From positions 1-62,855 of the IMG/VR virus record IMGVR_UViG_3300009537_000008: 62,855 nucleotides of DNA; one strand, given 5' to 3'. The translations under genes were made by a program, and so were the position numbers. Below the pieces are notes generated by a model, which saw only the letters and a program-made list of their open reading frames with translations, was not told the DNA's origin and searched no databases. The stretch comes from a virus. Taxonomy: Duplodnaviria; Caudoviricetes. Shown one piece after another: positions 1 to 8,948 of the stretch (its first letter is position 1; the number at the start of each line of letters is the position of its first letter).

Positions 1-42
1 GTTTTTGCCTATTGGTCTTTCGCTTTGTGTTATTACTTTCAT
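1..42 (-). CDS. 5' end of an early gene running off the window (MKVITQSERPIGKN...)
   Basis: ATG at 42 sits behind the same promoter/leader repeat found before the genes at 59636 and 60845; frame open to window edge. Confidence 0.6.
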   Translation of the reverse strand, partial: MKVITQSERPIGKN

Positions 43-101
43 AACCTTTATCTTTTTAATTATACATAAATATAATGAAAATTTCTGAGACTACCAAATT
101 T
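43..101 (-). promoter_or_regulatory. Bacteroidetes sigma-A-type early promoter plus leader (repeat copy)
   Basis: Minus strand TTTG(98-95)-N20-TATATTTA(74-67), then aattaaaaagataaaggtt-ATG; near-identical to 59637-59694 and 60846-60903. Confidence 0.75.
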
Positions 102-116
102 TTGTCGCAGAAAGCA

Positions 117-183
117 TGAAAAATAGGATGGGAGACCATCCCTTTCTTAATAAATACTATTTAAATTACACTGCGGTTAATCC
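117..183 (-). repeat. Degenerate duplicate of the major capsid gene 3' end (GLTAV*) and its terminator
   Basis: 166-183 ttacactgcggttaatcc vs 2018-2035 ttacacggcggttaatcc (17/18); similarity continues through the aaataggatgg...ccatcc hairpin. Confidence 0.85.
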
Positions 184-1974
184 ATGGTTTTTATTTTATA
201 TCATATTTATTGTCATATTACCAACCTAAGGTGTAAAATGCATAAATGTAAAATCTGTAGTTCCCCTACTAAAAAGGATACCCAAACATACTGTTCAAAT
301 CATTGTAAATTTTCAGATAAGGGATACAATCAACCCAAGACTCCACGAATAAAAAATGATATAACAAAGAGATTAATATGTAAGTGTTGTGGGTGGACAT
401 CTAAAGATATAAACAATTTATCAGGCAATCCTACTATACACTTATCTCACCAACATCACATAATTGATAAAAATTATTTATCACATTTTACTATCATAAA
501 AATACCACCCCCAGTTAAATTCTCCTGTAAAATTTGTAAACACTGGGACACAGTAGATGTGCATAATAAATCAGGAAGATACACCAAACATTTAAAAGAC
601 TCCCACAATTTATCAATTGACTCCTACTGCAAACTGCATCCAGAAGACAAATATTTGTGGCAGCAGCATTTTAAACAAAATAAATATACAGAATTTTTAC
701 AAACCAATCCCCAAAATAGGATTCAGTGTTTAGCTTGTTTGGAAGAGGGTAAAACTTTTGTATGTAAAAAAATAAGTAATAGTCATCTTAAACATAAACA
801 TAATATCACCCCATCAGAATATAAAAATACATATGGAGTAATTAAAACAACCTCGGATACTACTACCCATAAACAGTCCAGACTCGGGTTAGATAGAATG
901 ATAGATATATTATTCAATGATCCTACTCGATTGGGGACAATAGTTCCACTTTTTAAAAGAGAAGATTATACTGGAACTGACAGAGATATGAAATACGAGT
1001 TTCAATGCTCACAATGTGAACTGGTCTTCTTAGATCATTTGGCTAGCCAAACACCAATTTGTAGAAACTGCACACCTAAAATTCCTTTTAAAACTAACAG
1101 AAAATTACAATTGGATGTATATGATTTTATAAAATCTATATACCCAAATCCAATTTTAGCAAATGATAGAAAAGAATTAGGCGGAAAAGAATTGGATATA
1201 TTTATTCCAGATTTAAAAATTGGTATTGAAATTAATGGTGTATATTGGCACACTGATCAATATAAAGATAAATTTTATCATTATGAAAAATCTAAGATTG
1301 CAACAACAAAGGGAATAAAATTATATCATATATTTGAAGATGAGTGGGAGGATAAAACTGAATTAGTTAAAGCAAAAATTAAACATCTATTGAATAGATC
1401 TGACTCTGAAATAATATATGCTCGACTTTGTACTATTTCTATAATAACTTCAAAAGAAAAGAATGAGTTTTTAAATAGATATCATATTCAAGGAGCAGAT
1501 AATTCTTCACATTATTTGGGGGCGTATTATAATAATAAATTAATAGCAGTAATGACATTTGGTAAAGGTAGAATTATTTATGGGAATAAAAATGCTTCCA
1601 CTGAATTAATTAGATTTGCTACAGATTTTAATTATAGAATACCAGGTATAGGAGGAAAATTATTACAATTTTATATACAAAACTTCACACCAACAGAGAT
1701 AACTACACATGCGGACAAACGGTGGACTCCTTCAGCTGATACGTCGTTATATTCTAAACTGGGATTTCAGTTAATAACTGAGAGCTCCCCAAATTATTGG
1801 TATTCTGTAAAGGGTAAAAGAGTGCATAGGTTTAAGTATAGAAAATCCGAACTCATAAAACAGGGACATGATCCACTATTATCTGAACGAGAAATTATGC
1901 GAAAATTAAATATTTATAGAATATGGGATTGTGGAACCTATACATTTAAAATGGTTATAACAAAAAAAAAATAG
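184..1974 (+). CDS. Free-standing homing endonuclease-like protein: multiple Zn fingers + Vsr/DUF559-like nuclease + C-terminal GNAT-like domain (probable start 238)
   Basis: Repeated CxxC/HxxxxH motifs; ELDIFIPDLKIGIEINGVYWH...GIKLYHIFEDEW; C-terminal FLNRYHIQG...ELIRFAT...ADKRW...IWDCG; only long plus-strand gene, flanked by a target duplication. Confidence 0.75.
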   Translation: MVFILYHIYCHITNLRCKMHKCKICSSPTKKDTQTYCSNHCKFSDKGYNQPKTPRIKNDITKRLICKCCGWTSKDINNLSGNPTIHLSHQHHIIDKNYLSHFTIIKIPPPVKFSCKICKHWDTVDVHNKSGRYTKHLKDSHNLSIDSYCKLHPEDKYLWQQHFKQNKYTEFLQTNPQNRIQCLACLEEGKTFVCKKISNSHLKHKHNITPSEYKNTYGVIKTTSDTTTHKQSRLGLDRMIDILFNDPTRLGTIVPLFKREDYTGTDRDMKYEFQCSQCELVFLDHLASQTPICRNCTPKIPFKTNRKLQLDVYDFIKSIYPNPILANDRKELGGKELDIFIPDLKIGIEINGVYWHTDQYKDKFYHYEKSKIATTKGIKLYHIFEDEWEDKTELVKAKIKHLLNRSDSEIIYARLCTISIITSKEKNEFLNRYHIQGADNSSHYLGAYYNNKLIAVMTFGKGRIIYGNKNASTELIRFATDFNYRIPGIGGKLLQFYIQNFTPTEITTHADKRWTPSADTSLYSKLGFQLITESSPNYWYSVKGKRVHRFKYRKSELIKQGHDPLLSEREIMRKLNIYRIWDCGTYTFKMVITKKK

Positions 1975-2000
1975 GATGGAATTACTCCCATCCTATTTCT
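1963..2000 (-). terminator. Rho-independent terminator after major capsid gene (possibly bidirectional)
   Basis: Stem ataggatgg/ccatcctat followed by a long T run on the minus strand. Confidence 0.8.
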
Positions 2001-2017
2001 TATAAATATTAAATAAA

Positions 2018-3652
2018 TTACACGGCGGTTAATCCTGTTACCAAGATTTTACCATAAAATTCTGGGCGAACCACCTTCTTAGCATATCTGGTCATCACAC
2101 CCCTACGCGGAGTAAAGTTTAAAGGATCATACACCAATGGTGTCATCATTAATGGTACATACGGGGCGTAAACCGCTCCAGTCTCCAAAAACTGACTACC
2201 ACGATATCCAAGTAGGATTGTATTTTCCTTCATATAAGGGTTCTTATAAACTGTCCAACGGTTAGCCATTGTACCAGCTTTGGTAACACCCATTGCAAAG
2301 TTGCTTACATCCTGTCCAGGATCTGAACTATATCCAGGTATGGATTCAATTATTGTTGCAACATCAGGAGAACAAACGACGAAATTAGCACCTCCCCTCA
2401 TCGTCTTCTGGTGAATCTTGTTAGACACCTTTTGGATTTTAGTACCGAGGGTTTGGAACCAGTCTTGTTGATTATATTGAGCAGCTCCGGCGGCTACATT
2501 AGGAGTAAATCCTGATCCAGTCCATTGTTCACCAATATTAGCTGACCAGTAATCTGTAGTTTGAGCATTCTGAATAAGCATATCCAATATTTCCAGGTCA
2601 ATCTCCATTGAGATATATTCTGATAACATTGATGTCAATTCAGCTTCTGCGTCGATTGAATGGTAAGCATTTAAATCCTGAGCCATTTCTGGAGTCCATA
2701 TTGCTTTCAACTTACGAGTCTTAGCAACAATAGGCTCACTTCTTAATTCAAGATTCAATTCTGGTATGCCAACATCTGCGGCTGTGCGAGCTTCAAAATC
2801 ACCTCTAACAACATCCGTTGGTTGGTGGTGATAATCAACTGTTAATGATCCACCTGCGGCTGATGCTGAAACTACAAATGTAATTTGAGTTTTCGCGGCG
2901 TTAATAGTAGTGAATGCTGGATATACACCTTCAATGCCTGCACCACGGGGTACATAAGCTCTGATACCTTCAAGATCTGGGCGAACTAAATCCGCAGTAA
3001 GAATAGTGAAAGTTCTAACTGTGCTAGTAGCTGTACCAAATAATCCTGCAATAGATGCACTAAATGCTGTATCGTAATTTAATGAGCCAAATGTAGCCGA
3101 ACCTGAAGTATAATTACCTGCTGTTAATGAGGCGTTATAAGTTAGAGGATTACTACCAGTTTCATTAATAGTGTATCCGAATCTACCAGCACCATATAGG
3201 CCTTGAGAAGCATCTACACCTACGGCAGCTGCACCAGTTACACCATACACTGAGTCTGATTGGCTAGTAAGACCTGAACCTGTAGTAAATCCAGGCTGAG
3301 CTGTACCATACTTAAAGTCAAGGTAAAATACCAGACCTGATGGGAGATTCATTGGTTGAACCGAAACAAATTCTTTTGCTGCGATTTCTGAGAATATCCT
3401 GCGAACCAAGGGAAGAGCAACACCTGACCATTGTTCTGCAGATGCTGCATTACCTGTGGCGGTTGCTTCCCGAATAAGCTGGCGAGCTTGGTTCTCAAGA
3501 AGAATAGATGTATGAGCGATGTCATACTCATTTGTGATTCCTTCAAGCAGACCAGTTTTTTGCCATTTCTTGGTAAGCCCGATGGATTTTTGCCTTAGTT
3601 CCGAGTTATATCCTGCGGAGTCTGAAAGCACATTTCCTAAAATGTTTTCCAT
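2018..3652 (-). CDS. gp23: Major capsid protein, T4 gp23-like
   Basis: LPLVRR...VSVQPMNLPSGLVFYL, AKTRKLKAIWTPEMAQDLNAYHSIDAEAEL, YAPYVPL, PRRGVMTRYA. Confidence 0.97.
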   Translation of the reverse strand: MENILGNVLSDSAGYNSELRQKSIGLTKKWQKTGLLEGITNEYDIAHTSILLENQARQLIREATATGNAASAEQWSGVALPLVRRIFSEIAAKEFVSVQPMNLPSGLVFYLDFKYGTAQPGFTTGSGLTSQSDSVYGVTGAAAVGVDASQGLYGAGRFGYTINETGSNPLTYNASLTAGNYTSGSATFGSLNYDTAFSASIAGLFGTATSTVRTFTILTADLVRPDLEGIRAYVPRGAGIEGVYPAFTTINAAKTQITFVVSASAAGGSLTVDYHHQPTDVVRGDFEARTAADVGIPELNLELRSEPIVAKTRKLKAIWTPEMAQDLNAYHSIDAEAELTSMLSEYISMEIDLEILDMLIQNAQTTDYWSANIGEQWTGSGFTPNVAAGAAQYNQQDWFQTLGTKIQKVSNKIHQKTMRGGANFVVCSPDVATIIESIPGYSSDPGQDVSNFAMGVTKAGTMANRWTVYKNPYMKENTILLGYRGSQFLETGAVYAPYVPLMMTPLVYDPLNFTPRRGVMTRYAKKVVRPEFYGKILVTGLTAV

Positions 3653-3671
3653 AGTTAGTTATTAGTTTAAG

Positions 3672-4520
3672 TTATTTTTTAATTTTAGCTAATTGCTGGA
3701 ACCTGGATACTTGTGAATTAACTTCAGTTATAATCTTGCTCTTCGGCTTTGAAGAACCTGATTGCTTGCTTGCCAAACCTTCTGTGATCTTTTTAACTTT
3801 ATTTTTCTTAGCAACTGTTGCTTTTGATGGTAACGATTGTTTCATTGCAGCATACACAAGATTTACTTCATTTTGAGTATTTGCTTTGTCAAACGTTTCG
3901 ATGATGCGCATTTTAGTAGTACTGGAATAGTTGCCTTTCCCAAATAGTTTTGAAATTGCAGCCATTTTGGTATTAACCAAATTAACTTCATTCAATCTGC
4001 TTTGAAGAATTTTAACTGTCTTCCTGTATTCCCTTAATTGCTTCATTAGGTTGCGAACAACTAATTTTGATTCTGTAGGCATTTCTTCCTCGTCCTCATA
4101 ATCCATTTCTTCTTCACCTTCATAATCCATTTCTTCATCGAATACGATTTCTTCCTCGTCTTCTGTCGGGGCTTCATCTTCATCCTCGAAATCAAAATCT
4201 ATTTCTTCGTCTTCAGTAACTTCTTCGTCTTCTGCTGGGACTTCATCTTCATCCTCGAGATCGAATTCTTCTTCTTCTGTAACTTCTTCCTCGTCTTCGA
4301 AAGGAATTTCTTCTGCATTCAATTCTTCATCTTCTGCATACATTGTTTCGTCTTCCAATTCCTCGTCCTCTTCTCCTTCCACTTCCTGGCGGAGTTTGTT
4401 TGAGAGCATTGATTGTAGACGTGGCCTAAAAGCCTCTTCTAGCGCTAGCTTTGCATTCGTCAATGCGGTTTCACGCACTGCTTTTGCATCTGCAATTGCA
4501 TCTTTTAATAGTTTGTCCAT
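3672..4520 (-). CDS. Prohead core scaffolding protein (gp22-like)
   Basis: Directly upstream of MCP; highly acidic DEEE-rich middle, coiled coil, C-terminal RFQQLAKIKK. Confidence 0.8.
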   Translation of the reverse strand: MDKLLKDAIADAKAVRETALTNAKLALEEAFRPRLQSMLSNKLRQEVEGEEDEELEDETMYAEDEELNAEEIPFEDEEEVTEEEEFDLEDEDEVPAEDEEVTEDEEIDFDFEDEDEAPTEDEEEIVFDEEMDYEGEEEMDYEDEEEMPTESKLVVRNLMKQLREYRKTVKILQSRLNEVNLVNTKMAAISKLFGKGNYSSTTKMRIIETFDKANTQNEVNLVYAAMKQSLPSKATVAKKNKVKKITEGLASKQSGSSKPKSKIITEVNSQVSRFQQLAKIKK

Positions 4521-4638
4521 GATAATTTCTCCTATTTGGATTTTTGTTTAATACGTATAGTTATTAAGAACTATAATAGTCTAAATAAAAAGTGATACCA
4601 TATAGCGATGGTATATTCGGTTCTCCCTTATAAATATA
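4521..4638 (-). promoter_or_regulatory. Late promoter, structured leader (two hairpins) and AGGAG Shine-Dalgarno of the scaffold-capsid operon
   Basis: TATATTTATA at 4638-4629; hairpins 4595-4614 (ataccat/atggtat) and 4556-4575 (tatagtt/aactata); AGGAG at 4533-4529, 8 nt before ATG. Confidence 0.6.
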
Positions 4639-4645
4639 GGGCAAT

Positions 4646-4676
4646 AAAAAAAACCAAGCAAAAACTGCTTGGTTTT
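4646..4676 (-). terminator. Rho-independent terminator
   Basis: Perfect 11-bp stem aaaaccaagca/tgcttggtttt with T tail on the minus strand, after the small-gene array. Confidence 0.85.
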
Positions 4677-4694
4677 ACAAAAAATATTTTATTT

Positions 4695-4964
4695 TCACAG
4701 CTTTTTCAGCAATAAATTCACTAATTCAGTGTTGGTAAGGGTAAATTCTAACTCATTTTTACTATAGAATCCTGGGTGGATCTTTTGCTTAAGCAATTTT
4801 AATATTTCATTCGACACTCCAACCTTATTAATTTTATCTAAATCCTTAGTTGTACTGGGGATAAATTTAATAGTAAAGGAACTATAGCTACCATCACTGG
4901 TTATAGTATAGTTAATTCCGTTAAGATTAATCTTTTCTTCAATTAATAATTGTTTCAGTTTCAT
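4695..4964 (-). CDS. Small protein with short head-targeting-like leader (MKLKQLLIEE)
   Basis: Start at 4964 overlaps upstream stop (ATGA); leader ends in L/I-x-E. Confidence 0.7.
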   Translation of the reverse strand: MKLKQLLIEEKINLNGINYTITSDGSYSSFTIKFIPSTTKDLDKINKVGVSNEILKLLKQKIHPGFYSKNELEFTLTNTELVNLLLKKL

Positions 4965-5188
4965 ACTCCATACCAATGATCACGAATATGTCCAGCAGTA
5001 ACTTTTGATGGGAATCTATTCTGGTTTGTTGTTATCATTTTATCATATTTTCCATCAGAGAATGCTTTAAGAAGCTTATCTCCTGGGTCTAATGCAATCA
5101 AAGCTGTTAGAACATCTTCTTTATATTCTTCCTTAAGTAAGGACAAGATTTGTTCTCTTATAATCTGTTTTAATTCTGATTTTTTCAT
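4961..5188 (-). CDS. MKKSELK-leader family protein (putative internal head protein)
   Basis: MKKSELKQIIREQILSLLKEE + unrelated cargo. Confidence 0.75.
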   Translation of the reverse strand: MKKSELKQIIREQILSLLKEEYKEDVLTALIALDPGDKLLKAFSDGKYDKMITTNQNRFPSKVTAGHIRDHWYGV

Positions 5189-5709
5189 TTTATTTTTTTG
5201 GCTAATAAATTAAATTTAGTAACAACATTCTTTGCGGCGGTTAATGCTTTGTTTTCAATTGTTTTCATTGCAGAGCGAACTTCACCTTTATCTTTTACAA
5301 GGATAGTTTCACTCTTACCTTCAACGTTGAAGTCTATTGCCGCACTGCCACCTTTGGCTATATAATCATTCATAAATGATCCTGGGTAGATGTATATTGA
5401 CTGAGTAGATTTTAATGCCTTAAATAAATCATTAAGAATAACTTTATTTTCAGGTGTTCTCAGTCTATCATTAAAAGATAGCTTCCAGTCATATTTTAGT
5501 TCATGCCCCTTATTATATGATTCAATATACGATTTCACATTCTCTATTACTCCTAATGATTCTGCTTGCTTAACCATTGGGTCAAGAATTTTCTTCACTT
5601 TGAATAATATTGCTTTAGACGCATCGCCAACGATTAGAGTTTCATTCTCTTCTTTAAGAAGTTTAATTATTTCTTCTCTTATGATATGTTTTAATTCTGA
5701 TTTTTTCAT
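5185..5709 (-). CDS. MKKSELK-leader family protein (putative internal head protein)
   Basis: MKKSELKHIIREEIIKLLKEE + unrelated cargo. Confidence 0.75.
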   Translation of the reverse strand: MKKSELKHIIREEIIKLLKEENETLIVGDASKAILFKVKKILDPMVKQAESLGVIENVKSYIESYNKGHELKYDWKLSFNDRLRTPENKVILNDLFKALKSTQSIYIYPGSFMNDYIAKGGSAAIDFNVEGKSETILVKDKGEVRSAMKTIENKALTAAKNVVTKFNLLAKKIK

Positions 5710-5721
5710 TTGTTTATTTGT

Positions 5722-6009
5722 TTAGCGATTTAACGCATTAAATATATAAGTGGCGGCAAACTGTTTTAATTCTATTTTATTCATCTGCCCAATCTTACCA
5801 TATACTGCACGGCGAGCTAATTCTGATATACCTTGTGGAATGGCTTTATTTTTTTCCAAAGATTCTTCCCATTTTACTATAGCAATTAATGGTTTATACT
5901 TGTATAATAATCTATATAATAATTCTGCCATTTTATTAGATATGTCTCTATTATTCTCCGCTAAGATTAGCTCTTCTTTTATAATTTGTTTTAGCTCTGA
6001 TTTTTTCAT
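5722..6009 (-). CDS. MKKSELK-leader family protein (putative internal head protein)
   Basis: MKKSELKQIIKEELILAE + unrelated cargo. Confidence 0.75.
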   Translation of the reverse strand: MKKSELKQIIKEELILAENNRDISNKMAELLYRLLYKYKPLIAIVKWEESLEKNKAIPQGISELARRAVYGKIGQMNKIELKQFAATYIFNALNR

Positions 6010-6512
6010 GATATATAAAATGTTAATTCGTAGTTGCCACTATCCATACCGTATACTTGCATCTGTAGATTTTTTTTACTGGGCTTACCATTTTTTATTA
6101 GTTCTATGGACGCTTTAAATGTTTTACCAACCCCAGGTTTACCCCGCCCTAGCGTAATTTGTTGAGCCCAATCGTCTTCATCTATTTCATACCCCTTTTT
6201 CTTCGTATAGGATTCGGCATATTGTACGGCAGCAGTGAAGGTTTTGAAATAAGTTTCTTCCCTTTCTTTAATTAATGGTGCCAATTTAATCATTTTATTT
6301 TCATTAACTTCTCCAATTAACTTTTTATAAATAGAAGTTGGAGCTGGGTGTTTCCGGTGCAACTGAGTGACAATCCCTCTCCAGGCTAAATCTCTTTTAT
6401 CCTTATCTATAGGAGGGGTTTGTTTCTTTAGCCAATAAACAAAAGATAGAATCTCATCTGGGGATTCTAACCACCATTTGGCCATATTAGGGAAATCTTC
6501 TTGTAGGTTCAT
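6006..6512 (-). CDS. Two-module hypothetical protein with internal leader-like segment
   Basis: MNLQE start, internal NKMIKLAPLIKE separating two apparent domains; coupled stop/start overlaps. Confidence 0.65.
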   Translation of the reverse strand: MNLQEDFPNMAKWWLESPDEILSFVYWLKKQTPPIDKDKRDLAWRGIVTQLHRKHPAPTSIYKKLIGEVNENKMIKLAPLIKEREETYFKTFTAAVQYAESYTKKKGYEIDEDDWAQQITLGRGKPGVGKTFKASIELIKNGKPSKKNLQMQVYGMDSGNYELTFYIS

Positions 6513-6826
6513 TTATTTACTTCTATCGCTCTTAATTGTGCCAATGCTTTTTCTTTTGTAGTGTGTGTTCCTAACACTTTACCTTTTTTTGAATATACAA
6601 GCCATTTATTACCAACTTTACGAATGACTTCTGTTAGTAAGTTTGCTAATTTTATTATTGATTCATTCTTCTTATATAATTTTGGTATCCTTATATTCAT
6701 TATAGATCTACCATTAACAGTAATAGCTCCATACTCATCCATCCCGATATCTTTAACAACAACTTTTTTGTTTTTAAACTTACCAGTTAGAATAGTATCT
6801 CCAACTTCTATATCTAATTCAATCAT
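6509..6826 (-). CDS. Two-module hypothetical protein (SH3/KOW-like N-term + small basic domain)
   Basis: IEVGDTIL...; internal IIKLANLLTE then IRKVGNKWLVYSKKGKVLGTH. Confidence 0.65.
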   Translation of the reverse strand: MIELDIEVGDTILTGKFKNKKVVVKDIGMDEYGAITVNGRSIMNIRIPKLYKKNESIIKLANLLTEVIRKVGNKWLVYSKKGKVLGTHTTKEKALAQLRAIEVNK

Positions 6827-6829
6827 AAA

Positions 6830-7507
6830 TTAATCTAATGATCCATATTTACCACTACTTATTTCTTTACCAAATTGCTGCGCCCCATCCGATATTAATG
6901 CTATAGCAATATATGTTGGATCATTGACCCAGATATAAAATTTAACACTTTCGTTTCTTTTTTTATAAAACGCGTCTAATTCTTTTAATCCCTTTATAGC
7001 ATCATTATAAGACCCCCGCTTACTACTGGACCCAGTATAAGATGTTGGATATGATATTTTAGCATTAGGATGTTGCTGGTATTGTTTTTTAAAAATAGGT
7101 AAAAATTGATTAAAAGGTAGAGCTTTAGATTTTTCAAATCCAGGGGCTTCGGATAAAATTTTGATTAACTCTTCCCGAATCATTTTTTGTAAATCTGTTT
7201 TTTTCATTTTATGATCTAATTTAATATTCATCCACGCACTACCCTCTTTTGGTCTTATTTTTATTTTAGACCAACCGGTATGAGGTTCGGTAGTAATTTT
7301 GTATCTCTTTCCTAATACTTTGCTTATAATGGATATTATTGGTAAAGTCCTGGCGGTCCAAACATCAATATCCATGCTATTCTTACCAATTGTATTTGTA
7401 GTAAATTTAATCCCAGATTTGCGCACTAATGGGACTACCTGGTTTGAAATGGAGGCAAGTTCCAGTAATGTTTCTTTAATTAAAGATTGTAATTCTGAGA
7501 TTAACAT
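6830..7507 (-). CDS. Tandem double leader+cargo protein (possible internal start at 7207)
   Basis: MLISELQSLIKETLLE at N-term and in-frame MKKTDLQKMIREELIKILSE at 7207. Confidence 0.7.
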   Translation of the reverse strand: MLISELQSLIKETLLELASISNQVVPLVRKSGIKFTTNTIGKNSMDIDVWTARTLPIISIISKVLGKRYKITTEPHTGWSKIKIRPKEGSAWMNIKLDHKMKKTDLQKMIREELIKILSEAPGFEKSKALPFNQFLPIFKKQYQQHPNAKISYPTSYTGSSSKRGSYNDAIKGLKELDAFYKKRNESVKFYIWVNDPTYIAIALISDGAQQFGKEISSGKYGSLD

Positions 7508-7722
7508 TATTGCTCTTCTAAATTATTTAGTTGTTGATTTCTAATTGCTTTTTGTTTTTTCAACCGTTTCTCAACACTTGGTTTATTAAATTGCATTCTG
7601 TTTTGTAATGCTCTTACAATCCCAGCTTTTTTAAATTTCTTTTTTAATATACCCAACGCCTGCTCAATATTACCATCTTTAACAATAACACCAATGGTAG
7701 TAATTTTATTTTCTTTTTTCAT
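7507..7722 (-). CDS. rpsU: Phage-encoded 30S ribosomal protein bS21
   Basis: VIVKDGNIEQALGILKKKFKKAGIVRALQNRMQFNKPSVEKRLKKQKAIR matches the bS21 pattern; 71 aa. Confidence 0.9.
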   Translation of the reverse strand: MKKENKITTIGVIVKDGNIEQALGILKKKFKKAGIVRALQNRMQFNKPSVEKRLKKQKAIRNQQLNNLEEQ

Positions 7723-7723
7723 A

Positions 7724-8320
7724 TTATTTGCAAGATAAAATATCTGTTATTATTTGATTAGCTCTTTGATATTGATTAGGTAATAAACTCATTAGGCTAT
7801 TAGCGGATTCGTGTAAGAATGCTCCGTGGGTAGATGGATTGGAAACTAAGTCGAATGCCACGAGCTCAAAATCATCCTGAACTTCTACTGCGCCTTCTCC
7901 TAATGGTTTTACAGAACCTAATCCTCTTGAAGATATTCCCAATGATACACCAGATTTAAATAATTCTCTGGCAATCTTACCTGCAGGAGTATCTAATATT
8001 TCTAATTTACCCATTAAATTATCACCATCCCAATTCATTTCTATAATTATATGTGACACATTGGAAAGGTTCACAATAGGAGATTCAGGATGATCTAATT
8101 CACCCATGGCGCGTCGTGTACCAACTAAATTCTTTTGATATTTTTCTACTTCTCTGAGTAGAATATTTTTAGGATAATTTCTTTTATTTTGGTTTAATGA
8201 ATTGGCTCTTTGAATTACACCTGATACAATTAACTTTCCACCATTGCGCTCAATAGATTCATTGATAGCCTCAGCGGAGAAATTAAATGGTATATAGTCA
8301 ACTAATATATTCTTAGTCAT
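7724..8320 (-). CDS. gp21: Prohead core protease, T4 gp21-like
   Basis: NQNKRNYP, AMGELDHP, VSH, TPAG, GISSRGLGS, FDLVSNPSTHGAF. Confidence 0.95.
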   Translation of the reverse strand: MTKNILVDYIPFNFSAEAINESIERNGGKLIVSGVIQRANSLNQNKRNYPKNILLREVEKYQKNLVGTRRAMGELDHPESPIVNLSNVSHIIIEMNWDGDNLMGKLEILDTPAGKIARELFKSGVSLGISSRGLGSVKPLGEGAVEVQDDFELVAFDLVSNPSTHGAFLHESANSLMSLLPNQYQRANQIITDILSCK

Positions 8321-8540
8321 TTTTTTTATGTTTTTTTCTATAAGTTATTATCTTTATGACAACTTTATCTGCATTTAATATTCCTGGATTAATACCCAAT
8401 ACTCTGGCTAATAATCTATATTTAAATTTTAATGTTTTATTCCAAAAATAAGCTAACTCATATTTAGACACAGTGTATTCTTCAGAAAATATTGTTTCCT
8501 TTATACTGAATAAAGATTTTATCCAAGTACCTACACCCAT
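8313..8540 (-). CDS. Hypothetical protein
   Basis: Fills gap in operon; GGAAGGAG immediately before ATG. Confidence 0.55.
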   Translation of the reverse strand: MGVGTWIKSLFSIKETIFSEEYTVSKYELAYFWNKTLKFKYRLLARVLGINPGILNADKVVIKIITYRKKHKKND

Positions 8541-8551
8541 CTCCTTCCATA

Positions 8552-8947
8552 TTAATCGTTTATTTTATAGTATTGATTTAATCCTGATCCTATGGCATCG
8601 TAAGCGTGTTCTAATTTTTGTTGAAGAACATACATTTCACCAGCGGCCTTTTCAAACAATTTATAATTTTCATTAATTGCTTTCATTGACTTTTCTACCA
8701 TACCTCTATCAAACCAATCATCAGTTTCTTGTAAGGCTAATTTACTGGCCCCCTCGATCATCTTAGCCATGTTTTCTGTTACCTGTTTAATATTACTGGT
8801 TCTGGAAATTGCTTCCCCAATTTTATTATATTCAGATACCATTTTTAATACAGCTTTTTTTTCTTCTGTAGTTAAGGGAACAACCTCTTCTTCTTTTTTC
8901 ACAAAAGAATTTTCCGATAAACGTTTAACATATTTTGATAGTTTCAT
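8552..8947 (-). CDS. Head-module helical protein of unknown function
   Basis: In head operon; MKLSKYVKRLSE leader-like start; coiled-coil C-term. Confidence 0.7.
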   Translation of the reverse strand: MKLSKYVKRLSENSFVKKEEEVVPLTTEEKKAVLKMVSEYNKIGEAISRTSNIKQVTENMAKMIEGASKLALQETDDWFDRGMVEKSMKAINENYKLFEKAAGEMYVLQQKLEHAYDAIGSGLNQYYKIND

Positions 8948-8948
8948 A

